From Candidatus Woesearchaeota archaeon (GTDB taxonomy: Archaea > Nanobdellota > Nanobdellia > Pacearchaeales > JAHJTO01), in the NCBI GenBank assembly GCA_964540065.1, contig CAZIKY010000003.1:9186-73185 (forward strand): 64,000 bases of DNA, read 5' to 3'. The translations under genes were made by a program, and so were the position numbers. The notes beneath the pieces were generated by a model that did not search any database, was not told the origin of the DNA, and saw only the letters and a program-made list of their open reading frames with translations. The first letter of the stretch is position 1, and each line of letters opens with the position of its first letter. This document shows, piece by piece, positions 56,775 to 64,000 of this stretch.

Positions 56775-58115
56775 TTAGCAAAATTTCTGTATAAATCTAG
56801 GCAAGAATATCTTGCAATTGTTAATCGAATATCTTTCTACAAATGTTTCAGGAGATTTGCAGCCATCTTCATTCCCCAAAACAAGATATTCTGAGGTTTC
56901 ATTCAGTACGGGAAACTGTTCAATGAAACTTCTGTTATTTGCATATTCATAATCCGCGTTGATTATGCTTTTGATATAAATGAGCCTTCTCCCCTCATCT
57001 ATAAACATGCCTATTTTATGCTTATTAAAATCCACTGGCGCAGCTTCAGTGGTGTATCCCAGATAATTAAGAGTGACCCATGAATTAGCCATGTACTGGC
57101 ATTCCTTGTCCAAATAAGGTTCCGCGTTTTTGTAAATGGAGTAGTCTGTAAGAGTCTGGGCAAAAATCAAGGCTGACGAAAGATTAATGACTACTAGTAT
57201 CAGGAAGGCAGCTTTTATCCATTTATTTTTCCAGAAAATTTTAAAGAAAGCCGCAGAAAAGTAAACTGCGGGAAGAAGTAAGTTAAATAGATATCTGGTC
57301 TCTGAGGACGTCCTCATGAAAGAGAACAAAGACAAGACTGCGAACAGAATCATCAACCAATAGGCCCTGTCTTTCTTAACATAAAACATCCCCAAAATTG
57401 TTGTAATGGTAAGAAGACTAAGGATAAATAAGGCATCATCAAAAATAAAGAAGTTGAAGCTTTGCCTCATGGTTATATTTATCAAAAAAGAGCTTGCCAA
57501 GCTTGTAAGGGCATTTCCGGTTTTCACAAAGTTATAGATAAGCCAAGGAGAAAGAGTCAAGAGAAGTGCAATTCCTGAAGCGGCCATTTTCTTCAGGTTC
57601 TTGTTAAACAGTAGTATTGGGAGGAAAATTAGGTTAGTATACCTGGTCAATAAAGAAAGGCCCATAAAAACCCCTGATAAAGCCGGGCCGTATTTTTTGT
57701 CTTTAGCTAAAATCGAAGCGATACATAACTCCAATAATGCGAAAGAAAGAAGCTCCGTTCCACCTATAAACGACATATTGACCATAAAGGGGGTTAAAGT
57801 CAAGGCGTAAAAGACCAGCGGATCAAGATTAAGAACTTTGGAAAGTCTCAACGCCGCGAAAAGATGCAGCGCTGCAACAGCGATTATGAAAAGATATTCT
57901 GCGGCCAGCCATCCGAATAAACTCAAAAACCCCAAAATAACCGGGGCAAGCGGAGGCCTCAGCCATTCAAAATAAGTTCCATTATCAAATAAATATCTTG
58001 CATTAAGGACATAACTTGCAAAATCCCAGCTCAAACCGGTAGAGTGTTGCCACAAGAAAAAAACCGTCGTAAAAACAAAAAGTGCTGCTAGGGCAGTTTT
58101 ATTTTTTTTATCCAT
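56775..58115 (-). CDS. GT-C fold membrane glycosyltransferase (PMT_2/GT39-like)
   Basis: SWD..Y, RPPL, TE, TRYT, RYL; about 11 TM segments. Confidence 0.8.
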   Translation of the reverse strand: MDKKNKTALAALFVFTTVFFLWQHSTGLSWDFASYVLNARYLFDNGTYFEWLRPPLAPVILGFLSLFGWLAAEYLFIIAVAALHLFAALRLSKVLNLDPLVFYALTLTPFMVNMSFIGGTELLSFALLELCIASILAKDKKYGPALSGVFMGLSLLTRYTNLIFLPILLFNKNLKKMAASGIALLLTLSPWLIYNFVKTGNALTSLASSFLINITMRQSFNFFIFDDALFILSLLTITTILGMFYVKKDRAYWLMILFAVLSLFSFMRTSSETRYLFNLLLPAVYFSAAFFKIFWKNKWIKAAFLILVVINLSSALIFAQTLTDYSIYKNAEPYLDKECQYMANSWVTLNYLGYTTEAAPVDFNKHKIGMFIDEGRRLIYIKSIINADYEYANNRSFIEQFPVLNETSEYLVLGNEDGCKSPETFVERYSINNCKIFLPRFIQKFC

Positions 58116-58133
58116 GCTAGCTTACCTTTCCTC

Positions 58134-58799
58134 TTAAGAGAGTAAACTCTCGAGCTCTTCTTTTCCGTGGAATCCAAGATACAACTTTCCATCAACAACT
58201 ATGCTTGGAGCTTCAGTTATGCCGTAAACCCTTTTCAAAGAATCCATCACATCTATGTCCAAGTCCGTATCAAAAGAATAGACTTTAACATTGGAAAAAG
58301 AATATTTTTTCTGCAGATAGTCGATTACAAATCCTTGCTCTTCGCTTAACTTCAGCTTTTCCGGGCTGTTGGAATAGAAGAACAAAATGATTGTATAATT
58401 GAAGTCGCAGCTTTCTTTCATCTCCTTAATTCTTAGATAATGCCTTACTTGAAGCAAAGTGTAAGGCTTTTTCAGCTCAAGGACTCGCGGGTCATTCTTG
58501 GAATACTGACTCTCAAGATAGGTAAGCCTTGTACCTAGATCTCCTAGCTTTTCAGTAAGCGCTCCGGATTCTACGCATGGCACCTCGTCAAGAAGCTTTT
58601 CTTCAAGGTCCAAGCTTTCAAGCTGGAACCTTGCTTCCTTCTCAAACTGAGAAACGTCCCCGATCTTTGCGGCAGTTATAGCATATCCTACAAGCAAGCC
58701 TAGGGAAAAGACGAGCAAGGTAAGAAACAGCGTCAAAAGTATTTTTTTGCTGCTTACTTTCCGGTCTTCTGCACCAACTTGTTCAAGTTTTTTGACCAT
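58134..58799 (-). CDS. Membrane-anchored protein with C-terminal thioredoxin-like fold
   Basis: N-terminal TM; ILFFYS, YGITEAPSIVVDG. Confidence 0.65.
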   Translation of the reverse strand: MVKKLEQVGAEDRKVSSKKILLTLFLTLLVFSLGLLVGYAITAAKIGDVSQFEKEARFQLESLDLEEKLLDEVPCVESGALTEKLGDLGTRLTYLESQYSKNDPRVLELKKPYTLLQVRHYLRIKEMKESCDFNYTIILFFYSNSPEKLKLSEEQGFVIDYLQKKYSFSNVKVYSFDTDLDIDVMDSLKRVYGITEAPSIVVDGKLYLGFHGKEELESLLS

Positions 58800-58849
58800 T
58801 TTTATATATTAGACCCTCAACTGGGCAGTTTATTAACCCTTCTATAAGG

Positions 58850-60091
58850 CTAATCAAACTTCCTCCCTTTCCACCTTATATTTCCGAAGAATCTATAAAA
58901 AACTGCAAAAGCCCACCAGATCGCATAGAGGTAAGTATAATACCAGAAATAATAGGTGTAGCTAAGCTTGACATCCTCATTTTCTCCGCTTTTTATTTTG
59001 GCGATGTAAATGAAGAGGATATTGAAGAGTATCAGGATAACCAAAAAGAAGGTTATGGGGCTTGTAAGCTCATAATAAAGATATTCATACTTGAACCCCT
59101 TAAGCAGAGTCCACAAATCAAACTCTACCAGGCCAAAATTAATCAGGGTTCTTACAAAATTACTCAAGGTCTGAATAGTGAAATAAGAAATTAGCACAAA
59201 TATCATAAGTACCGAAAGGATGGCTGAAGGAAGTGCAAGTGTTGAAAGGTAGCCGTATCTTGGGTGGAAGAGATGTTTGTAAACTTCGAGGTTCTTTATC
59301 AAACCATGATACCACCTTGTTCTTTGATCCAATAATTCTTTGAACTTTCTCGGGGAGACAGTATAAACAACTGCATCAACGCTATTCTCTATCTTATAAT
59401 TGCAGGACTGTATCCTTAATGCAATCTCGGTATCTTCGGTGGCATTTTTCTCATCAAAGCCGCCATGCTTATCAAAGAACTCTTTTCGGTAAAGGGAAAA
59501 AGGTCCGGGAGTTACATGCAGGACATTTATGAAAGAAAAGACCTTTCTGTAAAAAATTCCGAAAAGATATTCTATATGCTGGACCCTTTGAAGGGCTCCT
59601 TTTGGCCTATAAACTTTAAGGGAGGGAGTTACTGAAGCAACCTGTGGATCTTCAAAATATCCAACCATCTTGATCAAAGCGTCAGGGGTAACGAAAGAAT
59701 CTGCATCGAGAGTAGCAATTATCTTGCCCTTAGATCTGGAAATACCATAATTTATCGCAGAAGCCTTTCCGCCGTTAGGCTTTGTGAAAACTTTGACCCT
59801 TGGATCTCCTGAAGCAACCTTCTTAGAGATCTTCAGAGTATCGTCTTTGCTGCCATCATCTATAACTAGGATTTCAAGAAGAGGGTAATTGAGGTCTTGG
59901 ACGGATTTAATGGTTTTTTCTATGTTCTCCTGCTCATTATATGCCGGGATTATGACTGAAACAAGATGAAGTTTTTTGGGCTTAGGGTTTTTCATCTTGC
60001 CCATATTCTCAAGAAGAGTAATTATAAAGAAAATTGCGAGGAATATTCCCACAAAGGAGACTGCATAAATTAGCTGATATCTGAATAACAT
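58850..60091 (-). CDS. GT2 processive glycosyltransferase (PgaC/CesA-like)
   Basis: PAYNE, DDGSKD, GKA, DADS, TED, QRTRW; flanking TM segments. Confidence 0.9.
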   Translation of the reverse strand: MLFRYQLIYAVSFVGIFLAIFFIITLLENMGKMKNPKPKKLHLVSVIIPAYNEQENIEKTIKSVQDLNYPLLEILVIDDGSKDDTLKISKKVASGDPRVKVFTKPNGGKASAINYGISRSKGKIIATLDADSFVTPDALIKMVGYFEDPQVASVTPSLKVYRPKGALQRVQHIEYLFGIFYRKVFSFINVLHVTPGPFSLYRKEFFDKHGGFDEKNATEDTEIALRIQSCNYKIENSVDAVVYTVSPRKFKELLDQRTRWYHGLIKNLEVYKHLFHPRYGYLSTLALPSAILSVLMIFVLISYFTIQTLSNFVRTLINFGLVEFDLWTLLKGFKYEYLYYELTSPITFFLVILILFNILFIYIAKIKSGENEDVKLSYTYYFWYYTYLYAIWWAFAVFYRFFGNIRWKGRKFD

Positions 60092-60092
60092 T

Positions 60093-60779
60093 TTATTGGG
60101 CGTCTGAGTTTTTTTCTTCTAAATCTTCATCACCCATTTCTTGCCCTTCGGCTTCTTCAAGTTCTGCTTCAGTTTCTTCCGCTTCTTCAGATTCAACTTC
60201 AGCCCCGCTGAATTCTTCTGATCCATCTGCGCCTTCTATCTGAACAGTATGGGATGCGTCTTCATCGGGTCCTCTCGCTTCAACACTCTTGGCCTCTGCT
60301 TCAAGCCTTTCCCTAGCCTTTAATCCGAAATAATCATAAAACGCATCATCAAGCCTGAGCTCGTATGTATGGCCTACCTTCTTGGGCTTAACAAGCCCAA
60401 CATCAATAAGTTTCTTGACATGATCATAAGCCTTATTTCCCCTTATCTTGACGACAAGGGATTGATTTATTGGCTGTTTGTAAGCGATTATTGCAAGGGT
60501 TTCCTGCTCGGCTTTAGTAAATTCGGCGCTCCCGGAGGCGAGTTTATTTGTTAGATAAGCATATTCCTGCTTGATATCCATTTTGTAAAGCTCTCCTTTG
60601 ATTATGAGGTCCAAGGCCCCAGTGTTATTTTTATATTTCTGCTCGAGTTTCTTCATAGTCTCCTTGATCGAAAGAGGATTTATCCCGGTGTACATAACAA
60701 GATCATTCACCGTAAGGAATCTTCCAGCTATGAACAAAACTGCTTCAACAATTCCCTCCGTGTTTTTTTCTCTTGCCAT
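60093..60779 (-). CDS. scpB: SMC-Scp complex subunit ScpB with acidic tail
   Basis: VEAVLF, ETLAIIAYKQPI, VKIRG, GLV; E-rich C-terminus. Confidence 0.88.
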   Translation of the reverse strand: MAREKNTEGIVEAVLFIAGRFLTVNDLVMYTGINPLSIKETMKKLEQKYKNNTGALDLIIKGELYKMDIKQEYAYLTNKLASGSAEFTKAEQETLAIIAYKQPINQSLVVKIRGNKAYDHVKKLIDVGLVKPKKVGHTYELRLDDAFYDYFGLKARERLEAEAKSVEARGPDEDASHTVQIEGADGSEEFSGAEVESEEAEETEAELEEAEGQEMGDEDLEEKNSDAQ

Positions 60780-60811
60780 CTTATTTTATATTGGCATATA
60801 GGTTTTAAACA

Positions 60812-63199
60812 TTACTTGAAAGCAAACCTCAGCAAAGCCCCAATCCCCCCAAGATTCTTGAATTGAACTCCTTCATCTGTCTGAGTTGAAATAAAAATCA
60901 CATCTGTTCCCATGGAGGCTGCGATCTCGCGGAGCTCATCCATCTTAGCTTTGTCAAGTTCTTTGGAAAGATACAATTTATCGGCAGCTCCGGCACTCAG
61001 AGCTTTTTTAACTTCGGCGTAGCCGTAAGCAACTTTGTCTGGATCTTTTCCAAGCGTAGTGAAAAAAGTTTTAAGAACTTCCTTCTCATGGGTTATTTCC
61101 TGTGCAGCAAGAATGTCTTGAGAAAGTTCGACAAGAACATGCAGGCCGTATTCATCAGTATAGCTTATGTCTTTTACTCCGATTATTTTATTCTTTATTG
61201 GGGTGGGGATCTGTCCTTCACTCAAGAAAGATTCCTTCGTTGGTCCGGGCCCGCCGACCAATATCCCTTTAAGCTTTTTCATTTCTGAGAACTGTTCTTT
61301 TACAGCTTCTCCGACTTTTCGGTAAAAAGCTAGGGCAAGTCCCTCGGTTAATCTTTCAAACCTCTGTGCCGAATTATGTACTACAAGTCCGTTAGCAATG
61401 AAGTTATGGTTCTTAGTCTCTATGTCTATGGTAATTTCTTCTCCAAGCTTTTCTATTTTAGAAATTTTTACTGCGATTAAGTTAGAGCCGTAAAACATCT
61501 CAAGCCTTTTTCTTAAGGATTCATCTGATATTTTATCCAAAATTCTCGCCTTGAAAACCTGCTTGCTTAATTGCTTCTTGTTTATAAAAAAATCTGGACA
61601 CATAAACCGGGTAGTATCCAAACCGGAATTTCTGATGATTCTCGCAACTTCCTTGCCGTTTACAACCAATTGCCTTACCTTATTGCGGTTGCTTCTTTTA
61701 GATATCAGTTGATTAATTTTATCTTGCTTTTCAAACGAAGTAAATCCAACCAAATCAAAAAATTTCTTTAAAGATTCAGTATCATCTATAGATACTATAT
61801 ATCTAAGGTTCTTAGAATAAGGATTTCTTTTATTGTCATAAGAGGAAAGAGAGGATATTATCCCCAACCTTAATAATGCTAATTGTAGCTGTCTTACTAG
61901 AACTTCATTGTTCATACTTAGAGATATTCTTCCGCTAGATAAAGAAATAGATCCTTCGGCATCAAACAAGCCAGAAATAAATGAAGCAAGTACTCTATCT
62001 GAAGATTTCAAGATAACTGGCGGGATTTTTTCATTTGAAGTTTTATCCTTTTCAGGGAATACACTCTTAAAGAATTGCGTGACTAATCTGCTATAAATTC
62101 TTAATTGGTGATAATTCTTAGAAGCCCTAAACGAATACTTAACTTCTAAACCAAAAAGGTTCTCCAGTAATAATTTATAACTCTCAGCAACTTCCTTTCT
62201 CTGCTCAAAGAAAGTTAATCTGTCCGTTTCGTGGCCACCATCACCCAAATAATAGCCAAAAACCTTTGCTAACTCAGGAGTTATTTTAGCTGGAAGCACA
62301 ACTTGCTTCATAGTCTTGTGTTCTATCTTGGGCTTAAAGTCTATAATTTGATCTTCTAGTTCTAGGTTTATCTTTTCTGGCATGACCAAGAAATCTCCTT
62401 CTTTTATCTCTGAAAGGGGCTTCTCTTCTATACCGTTTTCAGTTCTAACAAAGAAAGTATGGTCTGCAGAGGATTTTATCTCCATCCGAGGATAAGAAGT
62501 CGTCATCTTGAAAAGAGGTTTCTTATTCTCCCATTTAGCAATAATCGGGGTCTCTTCTATTGTTTCTTTATTAAAGTTCTCGGAAACAATGATCAAAGGG
62601 TTATGAGAATCTTTAATTTGAATTATATCTCCAGAACTTGTCATTAAAAGTGTATCTGGATGAAGACATTGACCGCCGGCCTTCATCTTCCCAGGAACAG
62701 CCGAAGTCATGTGTTTCAGCTTTCTTATGTGTTTTCCTTCAAGCACGCCGATCGTCGCTTCTCTTCTGTCCATAACGATCAATCCATAAACCTCTTGTGT
62801 TTCGAGGAGTTCTTTAAGGGGATCAACGACAAATTTCTGATCGCACCGATAAGTCTTCATATTAATAGGGCTTGGTGGCTCGATGCTCCAGAGCTTTATG
62901 TCGGGCTTGCCTTCATCTTTGCTTATGTTGCCGCAGAAAACTGCGAGCCCATTCTTTGGGGTCTGTTTGAACTGTCTTAGGTGCCTTGAGATCTTTCCGA
63001 GAGCTTCGATAACATTTTCTCTGGTGGATTTACTCTTAATATTTGAAGCAGTTCCCGCTTCAGAATCTACCTGCTTAGCCGATAGAATGATGCTGTATCC
63101 TGCAGGAACATAAACTGTAATTAGTTCAGTATGGCGCCCCCTATAAGAATCGAGCTCTTCTATGAGCCTTTCAAGTTGCATCCTTTCTTCATCTTCCAT
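60812..63199 (-). CDS. prf1: Peptide chain release factor aRF1, intein-containing precursor (795 aa; about 363 aa spliced)
   Basis: TELITVY, TASNIKS, YRCD, VPGKMKAGGQ|intein|SAQRFER, GILVGGPG.TK, GGIGALLRF. Confidence 0.96.
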   Translation of the reverse strand: MEDEERMQLERLIEELDSYRGRHTELITVYVPAGYSIILSAKQVDSEAGTASNIKSKSTRENVIEALGKISRHLRQFKQTPKNGLAVFCGNISKDEGKPDIKLWSIEPPSPINMKTYRCDQKFVVDPLKELLETQEVYGLIVMDRREATIGVLEGKHIRKLKHMTSAVPGKMKAGGQCLHPDTLLMTSSGDIIQIKDSHNPLIIVSENFNKETIEETPIIAKWENKKPLFKMTTSYPRMEIKSSADHTFFVRTENGIEEKPLSEIKEGDFLVMPEKINLELEDQIIDFKPKIEHKTMKQVVLPAKITPELAKVFGYYLGDGGHETDRLTFFEQRKEVAESYKLLLENLFGLEVKYSFRASKNYHQLRIYSRLVTQFFKSVFPEKDKTSNEKIPPVILKSSDRVLASFISGLFDAEGSISLSSGRISLSMNNEVLVRQLQLALLRLGIISSLSSYDNKRNPYSKNLRYIVSIDDTESLKKFFDLVGFTSFEKQDKINQLISKRSNRNKVRQLVVNGKEVARIIRNSGLDTTRFMCPDFFINKKQLSKQVFKARILDKISDESLRKRLEMFYGSNLIAVKISKIEKLGEEITIDIETKNHNFIANGLVVHNSAQRFERLTEGLALAFYRKVGEAVKEQFSEMKKLKGILVGGPGPTKESFLSEGQIPTPIKNKIIGVKDISYTDEYGLHVLVELSQDILAAQEITHEKEVLKTFFTTLGKDPDKVAYGYAEVKKALSAGAADKLYLSKELDKAKMDELREIAASMGTDVIFISTQTDEGVQFKNLGGIGALLRFAFK
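61373..62668 (-). mobile_element. Intein with LAGLIDADG homing endonuclease (432 aa) inserted between GGQ and Ser of aRF1
   Basis: N-terminal CLHPDT, block B SADH, LAGLIDADG-like FGYYLGDG and ISGLFDAEG, block F/G IDIET..NFIANGLVVHN, +1 Ser. Confidence 0.95.
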
Positions 63200-63246
63200 T
63201 TTTTAAAGAATTTTAGAAGGGTTATAAACGTTGTTGTGAATATAAG

Positions 63247-63999
63247 CTAATCAACAAGCTTAATTTCAAGTTTATTTCCCCATTTAATATCTGTGGCAGC
63301 AGTTACTGCCTTAAGATCTTCAAGATAAGGCTCCAAGACCTTCTTATTTTTGTTTTCAAGAATCAAAGAAATAGGAGCCTTTAACGATTTCCCGCTTTTC
63401 GATTTGAAATGCCTTACTTCTCCAAGAACCGCTACAGCCAAATCTCCACCGCCGGTATCCACACTTTGTTTCTCAGCTAAAGGCCATTCAGAAGTGTTTA
63501 TGGATTTGATTTTCTCATGGGCTCTGAAATACTTCTGATAAAGCTCCTCTGAAATGTGGGGCATTATCGGAGCAAGTAGTTTTAGTATCGAAAGAGTTGA
63601 GTGATACAAAGCATATTTTGCAGATTCTCTGTCTTCTTTACTCCTTTTTTCATTGTAAAGCCTATCTTTTACAATCTCCAAATAATTATCGCAGAAAACA
63701 TGCCAGAAGAAAATTTCCAGTTCCATCTTCAGCTTAGAATATTCATAACTTTCTATTCCTTCAGTTGACCTTTTGACAACATCATTTAACTTTGAAAGGA
63801 TCCAGGAATCAAACAGGTGGAGTTTCTTCGGTTTCGCAGGTTTATCTTTAAGATGCATGGACATAAACTTCGTGGCATTCCATATCTTTGTGATCAGCTT
63901 CTGCCCCGCAACTAATTCTTTTTCCTGGAAAGGAACATCTTCCCCGAGCTTCGCTGCACATGTCGCAAATCTAAGCGCATCGGCAGAATATTTCTGAAT
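63247..63999 (-). CDS. valS: Valyl-tRNA synthetase, C-terminal part (5'-truncated by window edge)
   Basis: Frame open to window end: KYSADALRF..AKLGEDV, KIWNA, DSWILSKL, FCDNYLEIVKDRLY, LLAPIMPH. Confidence 0.9.
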   Translation of the reverse strand: MQKYSADALRFATCAAKLGEDVPFQEKELVAGQKLITKIWNATKFMSMHLKDKPAKPKKLHLFDSWILSKLNDVVKRSTEGIESYEYSKLKMELEIFFWHVFCDNYLEIVKDRLYNEKRSKEDRESAKYALYHSTLSILKLLAPIMPHISEELYQKYFRAHEKIKSINTSEWPLAEKQSVDTGGGDLAVAVLGEVRHFKSKSGKSLKAPISLILENKNKKVLEPYLEDLKAVTAATDIKWGNKLEIKLVD

Positions 64000-64000
64000 C

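Noticed and set aside
1-64000. CRISPR array, rRNA, SRP/RNase P RNA, transposase or integrase
   Set aside because: No regularly spaced repeats, no long GC-rich intergenic region and no recombinase motifs seen by eye

Overview
Gene-dense segment of an archaeal chromosome, most likely a DPANN (Pacearchaeota/Woesearchaeota-like) genome; the lineage is inferred from archaeal information-processing genes, a BHB-spliced tRNA and near absence of metabolic genes. It holds about 75 CDS: replication/repair (PolB, PolY, FEN1, RFC-S/L, SSB, TopA, RadB, ScpB), transcription (RpoL, two TFS paralogs), translation (SerRS, partial ValRS, aRF1, MetAP, deoxyhypusine synthase, YchF, and an unannotated L41e), RNA modification, CDC48, and surface/glycosylation genes. 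There are three tRNAs: Ile-UAU with a 63-nt intron, Glu-UUC and Lys-CUU. No CRISPR array, rRNA or transposase was seen. The standout is a 432-aa LAGLIDADG intein inserted directly after the catalytic GGQ of release factor aRF1. Other highlights are several bacterial-type modules: a long bifunctional RelA/SpoT homolog, a Cfa-like methyltransferase plus TmsA/Rv3719-like FAD reductase pair, and TrhO next to a TrmR-like O-methyltransferase. Also notable are a divergent TFS paralog, a SelO/kinase-like orphan and a Doc-RHH toxin-antitoxin module. All family assignments come from motif recognition by eye; no searches were run.
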